Below, piece by piece: positions 1 through 13,892 of a stretch of DNA of 64,000 nucleotides. The stretch comes from the human T2T-CHM13v2.0 reference genome, Homo sapiens, in assembly GCF_009914755.1 (NCBI RefSeq), contig NC_060934.1. One strand, 5' to 3'. The notes under the pieces are model-generated. The model did not search any database and was not told the origin of the DNA. It saw only the letters and a list, made by a program, of their open reading frames with translations. Every line of letters starts with the position of its first letter. The first letter of the stretch is position 1. A program made the translations under genes and the position numbers.

Positions 1-665
1 TGGTGACTCAGCATCCCATTATTTCAAGCATTCTTGTCAATTTCAGTTTTTCTGTGAACATTGATGAGTAGAAGTTTGCCAGAGGAGGAGGTGGGTGGGA
101 GTTTGGAGTGGATGGAAAGGAAAGAGAGAGGTGGCCCAGAGACCCAGTAAACACTTCGAAAGCTTCTTACGTGTTCAAATATTTAAACACCTATTTCAGG
201 CTCTTGCAATAATCAGCCATAAACTTACAAAGGTGGTCAGTCCTGAACATTTGGCTGCTGGACTATTCAATTTCTGGCTGCTCCTTAAAAGCTGCAGGCT
301 AGTTTTGAAACATGGGTATTGTGGGTAAAATACTGACTCACAGGTTTAACATCACAAAAGCCATTCCATGTGAGCAGCTGTGAGAGAAACTGACTTCCTC
401 CTGAGAAGGGACACAGCAATCTATGAAAAATCAAGTGACTGAATGGGCTTGTCTATAGATATGGACCATTCCTCTTCCTTGGCATTGGGCAGAAATTCTC
501 CACCAGGTTTAGAATAAAATGATTTCCTATGGCATTGCTTTTACTACCATTTGCAGTTAAGATGTGTGCTTACATGTTTACTAGCTTGATGTGATTAATA
601 CAGAAACTAAGTAATTCATCCACATTGAAAATGTGTAATTATAGTTTTCTCAAAGTTATATTTAG

Positions 666-693
666 AAATCCAGAGACTCAAATCCAGAGACTC
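666..693. repeat. 14 bp perfect tandem duplication (AAATCCAGAGACTC x2)
   Basis: Read directly from the sequence. Confidence 0.9.
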
Positions 694-1084
694 AAACCAG
701 GATGTTTGGGTGTAGATGAAAACAGAACAATAGAATATCAAAGCAACTCCCTCCTCCTCTTGCCCCCAGCACAAAACTAACTGCGGGACCTTTATCTAAG
801 ATGAATTTTGAAACCTTATGTTCTTTGCTTGTAATGGCATTCTTATGTCAATGCAGGAGGCCCCATCTCTGCAAACCCAGTTCTGTCAAACTTTTTTTTT
901 GGCCATTCCTCCATCATCGAAGAATCGCAGTTCAAGAGATGCTCCCCTCTCATTAGCAATGGCACTTTCTTCCTTTGGGCATGCTGGAATTACATCATCA
1001 GTGATAATGATAATCATAAAGGTGGCCCAGAATCACTGGGTCCTTGTCCTACTTTGGACAGTTAAGCAACCTATAAAGTAAGTA

Positions 1085-1170
1085 CTATTGTCCCATTTTA
1101 CAGATAAGAAAAATGAGTCTTAGAAAGATTGTACAACTTGGTAGTAAGTGAAAGTGGGACTCAAATGCCT
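1085..1170 (-). mobile_element. MIR fragment
   Basis: MIR core-like CCCATTTTACAGATAAGAAAAATGAG...GGGACTCAAA. Confidence 0.6.
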
Positions 1171-1333
1171 CAAACTTTTTGATAGCATTCAGCACCATCC
1201 TAATCATTACTACGCTGTCTTTTACATTTTTCATCATTGTTCCCTGAACATTGAGGGTCAGAATTCTGTTTTGGACTCACATTGAACCTCTCCTAGTTTG
1301 GAACGAGCACCTTGAGGATAGGAAGTGTGTCTA

Positions 1334-1633
1334 GGCCAGGCGCGGTGGCTCACACCTGCAATCTCAGCACTTTGGGAGGCTGAGGTGGGCAGATCACTTG
1401 AGGTCAGGAGTTTGAGATCAGCCTGGCCAACTTGGTGAAATCCCATCTCTACTGAAAATAAAAAAATTAGCCAGGTGTGGTGGTATGTGCCTGTAATCCC
1501 AGCTATTCGGGAGGCTGGGGCAGGAGGACCGCTTGAGCCTGGGAGTTTGGAGGCTGCAGTGAGCTGAGATCGCACTACTGCACTCCAGCCTGGGTGACAG
1601 AGGGAGACTGTGCCTCCAAAAAGAAAAAAAAAA
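1334..1633 (+). mobile_element. Full-length Alu (S-like left arm, J-like right arm)
   Basis: GGCCAGGCGCGGTGGCTCAC start, two arms, A tail; TSD AGG(A/G)AGTGTGTCTA on both sides. Confidence 0.97.
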
Positions 1634-1639
1634 GGGAGT

Positions 1640-1730
1640 GTGTCTAATTCATTTTTATATCTTCAATCTTAGCTGAGCCTCCAGCATAATGTAGGTGCTT
1701 AATAAATATTTAATAAGTAGATGAATAAAA
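1640..1730 (+). mobile_element. L2 3' end fragment
   Basis: TAGGTGCTTAATAAATATTT...GATGAAT matches the typical L2 terminus. Confidence 0.5.
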
Positions 1731-2619
1731 AAAGTGATAGAAAAGATGAGGTCTACTAGTTACTGATTCCCATGTGAAATTGCCATGCCTTATTCTTTTT
1801 ATGAAGGGACGCTTATGTTCCATTCTTCTTGTTTGGCCTAAGTGTAGAGAATGTGACAAAATCATCATGAAAATACAGAAATTGAGCTTTCCAACTCAAG
1901 GAACAGTGATAGCAGAGAAAATCTTTAAAAAATTAAAAAGAAACAGACACATCCTGGTACCTGGTGTTTGCTTTGTGGACGAACTCTCTTTGGCTCACTA
2001 TAGGCATTCCCTACATGGAGACAGGTTGATTGGTTGATGGGTTTCAAATACATTTGTCTTTGATAATCAGATCCTGCCTTAACTTATTTCCAAATTCTTG
2101 ACTGTTTATCTGCGTCTTCGATTTAGGGGCTTAAACATGCCATCAACTTTTCAAAAGAAACCAATAGGACCATGTGTTCAATTTTAACGCAGTAAGTAGA
2201 GGAGTCTCTGATCCTGTGATTATTTTAATTTGAGTTGAAATTACGGTAAAGGTACTCACTGGAATTTTCACTAGGCCATTACTTGGATTACACATTATAA
2301 ATTAAAATCCATGACCTTCGATATAAGGGAAAAGGCATTGGTTTGAACATCTTCCTGCTTTAAAAGAAACTTTTAAATTATTAGCATAGAAATAATTTCA
2401 ACAAGGTCATGTCCTAAAGCCTCTTGGGCAACGTGACGAACTCTCCCCTACCCCCTTTTGTGTTTTCCATTCTGCCTTGTTTTGCGGCTTCTTGTTTTGC
2501 CACTGCTACTTTTTTCTGCCCTCTTCTGCCTCCATCCAGTTCCATAGCCTGGGCTTTGTACTCTCTCAGGCACACTTTATCCAGCCTAGTAATCAGGGAC
2601 TCAGGCACCATCCTAGTGC

Positions 2620-2760
2620 AATACATATTCTCATTTCATGGACAATGAAACAGGATCAGAGTAGGCTGAATGGCTTGTCCAAAGTCACAGAGCAAGTAAG
2701 CGGCAGGGCTAGGGCTAGAACCCAGGTCAGACTCAGATCCACAATCCTTTCTCTATTCAA
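2620..2760 (-). mobile_element. MIR fragment
   Basis: GGCTTGTCCAAAGTCACAGAGCAAGTAAGCGGCAGGGCTAGGGCTAGAACCCAGGTC resembles the MIR core. Confidence 0.65.
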
Positions 2761-2992
2761 CCTACTTCACTGGTTACTAAGTCTGCCTCCCATTTTATTT
2801 TACATTTGTTTTAGCTTCTGATTATTTCAAACTCTTAAAATGAAAAGCTAATACAGAGGGGAGAGTTTTATTTGATTTAAATCCTTAGCTGCAATAATTG
2901 GATAAGAATAAGCCACAGTGACACCAAATTAAAACTAATTTATTTACATATTGTTTATTATTTATATATGTATACATTATTTGAATTAATTA

Positions 2993-3185
2993 TTTGAATT
3001 AAGACTAGAACTCTAAATATTGTGAGTAAAAGAGGGCATTCTTACTTCCTTGTCATGGAATCTACGACTAATAACAGTTACAGTAACAAACCACACAGCT
3101 AATAGTCTATTTACATAATGACTAGTTAGAGGGATATTAAAATTTTAATGTTGTAATCAAATCCCTATCTCAATTATTTCTAGTT
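2993..3185 (+). repeat. Copy 1 of a ~193 bp local direct duplication
   Basis: Aligns to 4286-4477 with about 14 differences by hand alignment. Confidence 0.95.
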
Positions 3186-3256
3186 ATTACTTGTATGTTT
3201 ATGTTATTTATACACTAATTTTCCCTGACATTAACTTTGAAATAAACAGTCCTTTA

Positions 3257-3614
<358 letters not shown>

Positions 3615-3635
3615 TTAAATATATGTATAAAGACT

Positions 3636-3987
3636 ATATTTTCCAGCCTCCTTTGCAACTTGCTGTAGCTGTATGTTAAAGTTCTAGTTAATGATCCCTG
3701 ACAAGAAGTGTCAGAGACTCTTCTTCTTCCTCGTTCTTTCTGGCTGCAATGCAAATGTAATGGCTGGTGCTTGGCAGCCATATTAGACCATTTGTCAACT
3801 GAAGATGGAAAGAGCAGCAAGATAGAGGCTTGGGACGTTGATGATTGGGAAGCCATAGAACCAGCATTGTCAACCTACTTCCAGACTTATTTTTATGTGA
3901 GAGAAAAATAAACTTGTGTCTCTTTAAAACTACTACTATTTATTAATTAACTTATTATATGCAGCCTAACCAAATATAGCTGACACA
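3636..3987 (+). mobile_element. MLT1-type MaLR LTR fragment
   Basis: GGCAGCCATATTAGACCA, AATAAACTTGTGTCTCTTTAA and a GCAGCCTAAC...TGACACA end typical of MLT1. Confidence 0.6.
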
Positions 3988-4285
3988 ATATTTTATATGG
4001 CTTTAGAAGTATTGACTCAGAATTAGAAGATATTGGGGAGTTCATTAATGAACTACTTTACAGGTGAGCAAACTGATCTCCCAAAAATGTCAGTACCTAG
4101 ACTTTATTAATTTCTGAAAACTCTAAACACATTATATGATGGTTTTAGTGAAAAAGCAGAAGACAAAATGCTTCAAATAAAATGTAGAAAGTATTCTTAA
4201 TTGCCTTAATTTTATTTCCCAAAGAAAATATCTGTTAGAGAAGACAAAAAAAAATACCACGTGGTCTTTGTGCTCGTTTTGGAAG

Positions 4286-4477
4286 TTTGAATTAAGACTA
4301 GGACTCTAAATATTGTGAGTAAAAGAGGGCATTCTTACTTCCTTGTCATGGAATCTACGACTAATACAGTTATGGTAACAAGCCACACATCTAATATTCT
4401 ATCTACGTAATGACTAGTTAGAGGGATATTAAAATTTTAATGTTCTAACCATATCCCCATCTCAGTTATTTCTAGTT
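4286..4477 (+). repeat. Copy 2 of the ~193 bp local direct duplication
   Basis: Aligns to 2993-3185. Confidence 0.95.
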
Positions 4478-5132
4478 TCACATTTTGCTTCTTTATGCTA
4501 GCAGTTCCTTAAACCTTGCCAGTGGAGATGAAAACTTAACTGCAACAGGTGATCCTCACTTAGCCTCTGAGCCGTAGAAATTCTACTCACCAACATCAAA
4601 TCTTGAAAATCACATTACACTTTGAGGTCAGTCTCTAATTTTGGAATTTGGTGGGGGAGGATACTTTGGGTGCACCCATGAATTGCCTCAATTGTGTTGC
4701 CCTGAGACAATGAAAGTAGACCTTAAGCAGTGGGGATAGTAGTATTTCTATGGTCTTTTGCAAGATTAGGAGATCCTGCAGACTCTTTATCTGCAAGGCA
4801 AAGCCTGGAGCAATGAGCTGTCCTGAAAAGATCAAGGGAGCACAGATAATCCTAAGAGTGCTAAGGGTGTGATGTGGATTTTCCTCAAGCACCATGGACC
4901 CCATGAAGTGCTACGCCACTTCTCAAGTGTGTATGGTGGCATTTACCATCATCACTGCTTGCTTTCAACATTAACGTCTAAGCAAAATTACATCTTGCTG
5001 ATTGGTGACTTAATTTTCCAAGTCTTTTCTATGAATTATTTAGAAGACTATGAACTCTAAGTTGATGTTCTGACCAGACCAATTAAATCTTTCCCCTGAA
5101 TGACCTACTCCTAGACTCTTTGTGGAGTCTGA

Positions 5133-5168
5133 GTGTGTATGTGTGTGTGTGCGTGTGTGTGTGTGTGT
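5133..5168. repeat. Imperfect (TG)n microsatellite
   Basis: Read directly from the sequence. Confidence 0.9.
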
Positions 5169-6782
5169 ACTCTTGGATGGAACTAAAAGATCTTGAGTAG
5201 CTTTAAAAGAATGGAAAGAATTTTGCTAACATCTGAATATTTGCTTGTTACCTTTTAGTGTTTCATCTACAAGGTCTGACTTTTTGGAGACCTCATTAGA
5301 AACACATTAACCTTGGAACTGATGTGGAAATTCCTTTCCTCCCTTGGACTGATGTGAGTGGTTTTAGTTTATTTGACCTTAAGAGTGAAGGTAAAACCCT
5401 CACTTCCTTTCCTGGCTTATCAAAATGGAAAACAATATGGTTTTCTGGAAAAATTTCATGCAACATGTGATGCCTACCTGCAATGTTCAAATCTTTTTTG
5501 GATGTCATGCAGGAGGAATGGAGGAGGCTCTTTTGAATGCTTCAGAGTCTCTTAATTTTTCAAAGCAGGGAGGAAACTAAATCTGGTAAACAACCATCAG
5601 AGTGCTCCAGTATATTATTTTAACCCTCATCACGGTGTGCTTTCAGAAACTGCATTGTTAGTCATTGAGGAGAAGCGATTCATGCACTGGAAGCATTAAT
5701 CACCCAACAACTGAGTCTGCATAACCAACCCACACCCTCCAGTTAACCATGTAAGACTGGGGGAGTATAGCATTTCACCTGTTGCAGATAAGCCCGACAT
5801 GACCCCAGGATGTTTTGACAGCCACCAGCACTCACTCTTCCAAACCAAATTCTTCCAAGTCATTTCTTGACTATTTATAAGAGTGCAACTATTTTTGTTG
5901 AAGGGTTATAAAGATTGACATCTTTGGCATTCTTCTTTCTGCTGGGAGAGATTTTACTTTCAGCTTTCCTGGATTTACTTGATTTAATGATCAGCTACGT
6001 TCAATGGGGTTGCCAGCTGGAGGTAGTGGTGGTAAGAGGGACCCCAGGAGTACAATGCAGTCACCCAGGCTCTGATCAGTCCTGAACAGCTGTGACCAAA
6101 TGGGTGAAATCCCATTTATTCATTTGGAGGCACAGTGAGGAGTTCTCTTTATTCCCCTTGTCTCCACATCAAAGGGCAGGCTTGTAATGTGATTGTGATC
6201 CGCCATAATGGGCGGACTTGTGCATGCAGCTTCGTGTGGAGGTGCAGGGCTTCCCATGGGTGCCCCATCAGCTGCTCTCACACAAAGTGCGTCGGAAAAC
6301 TGGCAGCCAGCACCAAGGCAGTTTCCATGTTGTTGCTAGGGATGCCGCATTAAGTACCCCAATGCTCTGTGCTCGAAAGAAGGAAAAAGTGACATTCTGA
6401 CTTCCCATGCGAGAGTGGAATACGTGATTCACAGTCCTTCTGCAGCATTAATCAGGCCCTGTTTACATGGAAAAAAGCCAGAAGGGCTAGAGCCAAAGAG
6501 GTGCATTTGGAAAGCCAAGTGATGATGTCATCTGTGCAGAGCATCCCCGGCAAGCCACTCAACTGGCTTAGATGCCTTGTATTTTGCCGTGGAGCAAATC
6601 TCAGTTAAGTGTCACAGGAACACCACGGTGTCTGGCCCTGTACTTGGGATTTAACATGGTTCTATTATGGTTTGTTTGTAAAATAGTGTAACATCCCCAT
6701 TTGTTATTAACACAAGTCAGAAACAGTCCGATCTACTGGTACATGGCAGTAAGTAAGCTCTAAATCCTTGCAGGGAGATAGT

Positions 6783-6830
6783 ACACACGCACACACAGGT
6801 GCTCGTGCACATGCACACACACACACATGC
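6783..6830. repeat. Imperfect (CA)n tract
   Basis: Read directly from the sequence. Confidence 0.8.
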
Positions 6831-9183
6831 AGAGTCTCAAAACATAAAGGAAAAAATGCTATTGGTCCTGGCAAGATGATGTTTTGTGAGTTTTACCAAT
6901 TGAGTTTCGTCTTTAGGGGTGTGTGTTCACATAGCCACCTGCTCACCCCCAGATGGAATTATGCAAATCGACAGTGGAATTCAAACATCATGAATAGACA
7001 ATCATTGCCCACTGCGTCTTCTCAGAGGTTTTAACCAAATGTGATACTGAATGTGATGATTGAAGAGTACTTATCCTTTTGATTACTTAACTTCCTTATT
7101 TCAAAACAACTTAACAAGAAATAATTGTTTTCTTTCCAATGGAGAGGTAGAGCAGGTACCTTTAAACACAACTGAGGAGAAATTTGGTTTTGGATGCCAA
7201 CTGAATGCAACAAATATTTCTGTTTTAAAAAAGTTCAGGTGCTACCTTTGCCTGTGCTGCTCTCCAGCCTCTGATGATTAAATATTAGGAACCCTCTTAA
7301 TGAGCCTCACCTCTGGAATTATGATGTTTGTCCTTAGGTCAATGGAAGGCCCTGTTATGTGTCAAGTACTGGACTAAGTGAGATGTTGAAGCCCTATAGG
7401 TGGACGTGATGGGGATGGTTCTTGTCTTGATGGAGTTTAGTCATACCAATCAGCCAGTATGGCAGAGTTTCTCTGAGACATAAAATGTAATGTGGCCACT
7501 TTAGTGTCATTGTGTCAAAGCCTGAATTACAGTCATTGCCTTTTGGGAAGGCTCCTCAAACTAACTACTCTGAATGAAAATCAAATACTTCCGAATTAGA
7601 GTTTCTGTTCATTTTTAAAGGAATTATAAAATAATCAAAATGATAATTGTTTGTTTTTTAAAAAAGCAAAAAGCAACAACAACCAAACAAAGGGCCAGGT
7701 TAATTTAGACACCGACAAATCAACCTTTGTATAATTTGTTAATTTTACTCTATTTTGTATACAAACACTTAGAATATTTTGTGTAAATTGAGCAAAGGGA
7801 GGGATTTAAATTTATTTAGCCAATAACTCAATCCAAAGTGGAAATTGTACTGCTCTTATCTTGAGTGATATATAAAGAGTTTGGTGAATTTCTCATGGTG
7901 CTGTTGGGTCAAGGCTGGGGTTCTCAGTAAGGTAAGGAGTCAAATAAAATTATGAAATAGTCTCCTGGGAATTACAGGAGTACCAGGGGTCCTTATAAGA
8001 CAATTCTTGGAAAAAAGTTTGCTTTCAGAGTTAGACAAATGACAAGTAATGGCGGCAGGCTTGAAATAACCTGACTTCTTGGAAGCTGAGATTCTACTTT
8101 CTGATAGGAACTGACACAACACTTAATCTTCTGAGGCAGAAAAAATGGAGTTTCGAGCAATTTAGGAGGCTTTCGGAACACTCTTTTAAAACTAAGGCCC
8201 TCTTGCTCTGGCTTTAGTTGTCAAGCCATGGTTGGCTTGGGCCGTTTTTCGGTCTCCCCAGGCCAGAATTTAATCTTAGCTTCTTCCTACATGTATTGGG
8301 AGATTTCATAGCATTACATGCTGATCCACCGAACTTCTGGGTTACATAGCATGGGGATTTAGCCTTATCTCTTTAGGAGGAGAATGGGCAACTTCCACAT
8401 ATCTTGAAAATATGTTTGTCAGCTACCTACCCAAGAGGAAATCTGGCGTTTTGGTAGGGAAAGCGGTGATTGGTTGAAGGACCTTGACAATGAAGCTGCT
8501 TCATAAATGCCTTATCACTGTATAAGAACATAATTTCTATTGCCCTCTTTTGTCAGAGAATGTCAACTGTAAACCATTGTAGACCAGGAGAGTCATGAAC
8601 TGCGCTTGCTAACCACTCAAGCCTCAGGCACTTTTTTTGTTTCAAGTACTGTATATTTCATGCTCCCCCTATTGACATTAAAAATGAGTCTACATTGCCC
8701 AAATTGAAGTGGAGATTTAGCAATTAGTCAGATACATTAATCAATGAAGATGGTAGGACCATTAACAGTTAGAATGCAAAAAGAAGTGTTTTAATGTCTG
8801 TATTCATAAAATTAAAGGAAAAATTGCTAAATATTTTTCACATTGGGCTACAGTATGCATACCATATAAAATTCTTTTCAGAAAAATGTTGTTTTCATTT
8901 TTGGAAGAATATATGATATTATGATATAATCAGTAATCAGAAATGCCAAATTCATCTGTAGAGTTGTAAATGAAAGGAAAAGAGACTCCCTTTCTTAGAC
9001 ATAATTATGGAGTAGGCAGTTTACTTAATGTTGAAATCCTTTTAATGTCACCAGGGAAATGTTTGAATGACTGTTATGGAGTCTTTCAAACTGGACCATG
9101 TGACTTCTTCAAAGAGCTGTATGAATAGTGCATGCTTTAAATCACACACCCTTAAAATGCTGGGTTCATGTAGTTGGGACAAA

Positions 9184-9227
9184 GCATTGGTGTTTGTGAT
9201 AGTTTGCATTGGTGTTTGTGATAGTTT
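9184..9227. repeat. 22 bp perfect tandem duplication (GCATTGGTGTTTGTGATAGTTT x2)
   Basis: Read directly from the sequence. Confidence 0.92.
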
Positions 9228-9890
9228 AGGAATTTCTCAGGTTTGGCAATCTACAAAAGACTTACAGAGTCAAAATAATACTGAACTGAATTAGAATTTC
9301 CCTAGGTATCTCCCCCCTCCACTGGTAACTGCCAGTTCTGTCATCTTCCTTTCTCAAGATTACATTGCACCTGTGATCACTTCTCACATCACCAAGCAGA
9401 AGAGAAAGCTGTCGGCCAGAAGAAGAGGCAGCCCCACACCCAGCCACAAATTGCCATGAAAACTTAACCCAGATTCCTTTCCATCCACAGACTTTTTTGA
9501 AAAACATTTTCTCCCAGGTCCTTGCTAGCTGACTTGGGTTGGCTTACAGGTGTCAGTGTGGGGGTATGTGAGGACAGACAGGGTTTAGGGCCAACTGTTT
9601 TAACCCTGTTGTCCTGTGGAGTGAGGGTGACAATGTTATTTATCAACTGAAAGCCTCAAATGAACAGATCCGAAACAAAATAATTAGAAGTGCTGTGTCT
9701 AGGCATAACAAATACTTGGAATCTGAATAGCTAAGGGGAAAGTCGTTTCTCTTGTGAGTTTTTTGGGACCATTTAGATACAACTCATCTTTCAGCTATAA
9801 GAAACTATTGTGAAAGCATGAAGTAGCAAGTCCAGTTCTTCCCTCTTCTTGTTGTCGGTGGCAGGAACAGGCTGCGGTGAAGGTCTGTGC

Positions 9891-10270
9891 TGTCTTAGTC
9901 CATTCTCACACTGCCATAAAGAGCTACCTGAGACTGGGTGATTTATAAAGAAAAGAGGTTTAGTTGACTCACAGTTACACAGGCTTAACAAGAAGCATGA
10001 CTGGGAGGCCTCAGGAAACTTACAATCATGACAGAAGGCGAAAGGGAAGCAGGCACGTTTTACATGGCAGAGTAGGAGGGAGAGAGGGCAAGGGGGAAAG
10101 TGCCACGCTTTTGAACTATTAGACCTCATGAGAACTCACTATCATGAGAACGGCATGGGGGAAATCTGCCCCCATGATTCAATCACCTCCCTCCAGGGCC
10201 CCCCCTTCAACACATGAGGATTACAATTTCACATGAGATTTGGGTGGGGACACATAGCCAAACCATATCA
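9891..10270 (-). mobile_element. Solo MaLR LTR (THE1D/MSTA-like), full length
   Basis: TGTCTTAGTCC...CCAAACCATATCA termini with internal GGGAGGCCTCAGGAAACTTACAATCATG. Confidence 0.92.
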
Positions 10271-10605
10271 TATACTATCTTGTGTCTCATTTAGTTTTAC
10301 AAGTTTCCCCTGTTTTGTCTTTTTATGTCCTTTTGTCTTGGGGAGTGGGGTGGGAGTATTACCCTTGTCATGCCTATTCTATTGCTGCATTGCAATGAGG
10401 CAGACTCTGACCTGATGTCTCCGGAACATAAAGGCTCAAGAACAGGTAGAAAAGGCTAGACTGCTTTGGGGAGGGTAGGGGCCTTTCATAGAACTCAAAA
10501 TGGCACCACACCAGCAGCAGAAAGTACGTGTGGGACCTACCACTGGAAAGCTGTTCATTTGGAAATTCTAGGTCAGGGGATCTATTTCTTGGTGTTTATT
10601 TTTGA

Positions 10606-10945
<340 letters not shown>

Positions 10946-11339
10946 AAATCCTCCAAATTTAAATTGAGGATACTGGTTGGGATGATTCTTTCCTATCAAG
11001 CAGAATCTCTATTATTTATGTGGAATTCTGGAAATGTTTCTAATGTAGGGAAAGAGGAAATGCAACATTTAAGGACATTTTAACATGATCATCTTTACAG
11101 TATTTTCATCTAAATGTTTCAGTCATGTTATCAAGGTCACAAAACATTCTATAGGATGTTTTTAAATAGAAATTTTAAAATTGCTATTATTTAGAATCCA
11201 TGGATTCATTCATTTGAAGAGCAATGACATTGTTACAATAGTCTTCTGATTCTTGAACATGTTATAATCATTTATTTAAGCCTTCGTAAGTTTTTTTTAC
11301 CCCACTGGAGGCTTTTTATATGAATCAAAAAATTAAATT

Positions 11340-11725
11340 TTACAAAAGTTTTTTTTCCAAGAATATTCTTGCATTAGATTTATTCCTAAGTATTTCATTT
11401 TTTTTTGTGCTAGTATAAATAGTATCTTAAAAAATTAGAATTTCCTAATTGGTATAAAGAAATATCCTTGCTGGGCTTTGGTATCAATGTTATACTAATC
11501 TCACAAAGTGGGTTTGGAAATGTTTCCTCTTCTGCTTTCTTGCAGAGTTTAAGGAGATAGGTGTTATTTCTTTATTTCACGTGGTGCTATCTGGGCCTGG
11601 TGTTTTCTTTGCAGGAGGTTCTTAAGTTATGATTCTGTTTGTGCAATAGGACCATTTACATTTTCTGTTTTCTTTTTGTCTGTTTAGGTAAATTTTATTT
11701 CTCTAGGAATTGGTCTCTTTTATGT
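11340..11725 (-). mobile_element. Old L1M ORF2-derived fragments
   Basis: GCTTTGGTATCAATGTTATACT...GGAAATGTTTCCTCTTCT and ATCTGGGCCTGGTGTTTTCTTTG resemble antisense L1 ORF2. Confidence 0.6.
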
Positions 11726-11727
11726 AC

Positions 11728-12177
11728 ATTTTCTTTTTATTATTATTATTATTATACTTTAAGTTTTAGGGTACATGGGCACAATGTGCAGGTTAGTTAC
11801 ATATGTATACATGTGCCATGCTGGTGTGCTGCACCCATTAACTCGTGATTTAGCATTAGGTATATCTCCTAATGCTATCCCTACCCCCTCCCCTCACCCC
11901 ACAACAGTCCCCAGAGTGTGATGTTCCCCTTCCTGTGTCCATGTGTTCTCATTGTTCAATTCCCATCTATGAGTGAGAACATGCGGTGTTTGGTTTTTTT
12001 TCCTTGCGATAGTTTACTGAGAATGATGATTTCCAATTTCATCCATGTCCCTACAAAGGACATGAACTCATCGTTTTTCATGGCTGCATAGTATTCCATG
12101 GTGTATATGTGCCACATTTTCTTAATGCAGTCTATCATTGTTGGACATTTGGGTTGGTTCCAAGTCTTTGCTATTGT
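11728..12177 (-). mobile_element. 5'-truncated young L1PA (about PA2-PA4) 3' end
   Basis: TTATACTTTAAGTTTTAGGGTACATG 3' terminus; ORF 11956-12207 translates the ORF2 C-terminus (TIAKTWNQPKCPTM...KKMWHIYTMEYYAA). Confidence 0.95.
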
Positions 12178-12929
12178 ATCTTTTATCTTGCAAGATACAA
12201 GATACAAGGTACAAAATGTTGTTTGTTTTTTTCTTGTAAATTTGATTGAGCAAGATATATATATACACTAATACATTTATATTCTCACTTTAGTGGCTTG
12301 ATCAATTTACATGTACTTAATTGGTACATATTATGTAAGCTGTATATGAATAAATATGCAAGTAGAAGTTTGCAAGCAATATCTTCTCTAAATTGTTCTC
12401 TCATATCCATACCCAATTAATGCACAATGATCATTCTGGATTAAAATGGAGCTTTTATTTCTAAAGTAAAAATGTCATTAACAACAGTCTACAGTTGGCC
12501 AAATTAGAATGTGTTACACTCTACACTTGTGTCTTTACTGAGCACATTGCCTGTGTTTGAAGATGATACCAATGGGTGAGTCTTTTATGCAGGTGAGACT
12601 GAAAAGCCTTGTACAGTTCCCAGCTGTTGTTTTTGCTCTTTGCCCATGTGAGGACTTTTCTTTTGTTTGTGGTTATAACCAAAGAGCATGGAGACTGTTG
12701 GTGGTGCTTTGCCTTATGGACTGCATGCTGCCTGAGCTCTAAATAGCCATCCCATCTCCAATCGCTGCTTGCGAGCTTGGCCAGTCACTTGCATCTATTA
12801 TTTCTTAATATTCTACAGCTCAGCCCTATGGCTTGCAGTCAGGAGGCGGCGTCCTTAGGCCCCTCTTCTTAAAGATGTTTAGACTGAGTAACATTTAGTG
12901 ACTGCCTACGCCATGCCAGCTAATTTTAC

Positions 12930-13060
12930 AAAATATCATTTCATGACTTCCCATTTTGCAGATAAGAAAATTAAGGCTCAAAGGGTCTAAATAGCTAAGA
13001 TAGAAAATTAAGGAGCCAGGATCCCCTCCAGACTCAGTGGCTCCCACATCCTGCGTTTTC
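12930..13060 (-). mobile_element. MIR fragment
   Basis: CCCATTTTGCAGATAAGAAAATTAAGGCTCA. Confidence 0.6.
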
Positions 13061-13350
13061 CTTGCTGACCAACACTGACTCTCACTGTATTGGCGTTTCC
13101 ACCTCCGTTTTATACGAAGGAAACAGTAAAGAAACACAGAATTCATTTTATACACCTAGCTTTTATTTGATGGCATCTATTCAGTGACCAAGTCCAAAAT
13201 CCAACTTCATGACAGTCTTTCCTCTCCAGCTTCTTCCAGCCCTGGGCTGACAGCTTCATCTTAGGCTCTTGTGACTGCTAACCTGAACCATGGCAAAGGC
13301 CCCAACCCATCTTCCTCTGACACTTGTGGGACCCTCTCACACCAAATACT

Positions 13351-13651
13351 GTTTTTTTGTTTGTTTATTTTGTTTTGTTGAGATGGAGTCTCCCTCTATT
13401 GCCCAGGCTGGAGTGCAGTGGCACCATATTGGCTCACTGCAACCTCAGCTCAAGTGATTCTTGTGCCTCAGCCTCCTGAATAGCTGGGATTACAGGTGCT
13501 CACCACCATGCCTGGCTAGTTTTTGTACTTTTAGTAGAGACAGGGTTTTGCCATGTTGGCCAGACTGGTCTTAAACTCCTGACCTGAAGTGATCCGCCTG
13601 CCTCCGCCTCCCAAAGTGCTGGGATTACAGGCATGAGCCACTGGGCCTGGC
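13351..13651 (-). mobile_element. AluS with a ~10 bp internal deletion
   Basis: Antisense Alu; GCAACCTC is joined directly to AGCTCAAGTG. Confidence 0.95.
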
Positions 13652-13892
13652 CTCAAGTCAAGTCTTTTGATGGCTCTCCATTGACTGCTGGAAGAAGCCT
13701 AGATTTCTTAGGGAAGCACACCAAGCCCTTTACAATCTCTCTAGTCTTATCCCTGCTGTGGCCTCTTTCATACCTACATTACCACCCATCAGGGCTCACT
13801 GTGCAATTTCAAATCTCTGGGTCTTCCTCTACCCTTCCCCTCCAGGCAGTGACTCCTGTGTAACCCACAGTATCCATCTCAAGTGTCACCAC

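Noticed and set aside
1258-1575. Alu-derived ORFs here and at 20692, 27630, 29194, 31299, 45025, 60414 and 62432
   Set aside because: Standard translations of Alu sequence with no support as exons.
4270-4286. GTGCTCGTTTTGGAAG resembling the U6 snRNA 5' end
   Set aside because: Only ~16 nt with several mismatches and no continuation.
4885-4905. REST/RE1-like core AGCACCATGGAC
   Set aside because: Flanks deviate from TTCAGCACC-NN-GGACAGCGCC; a similar partial match near 6308 has the wrong spacing.
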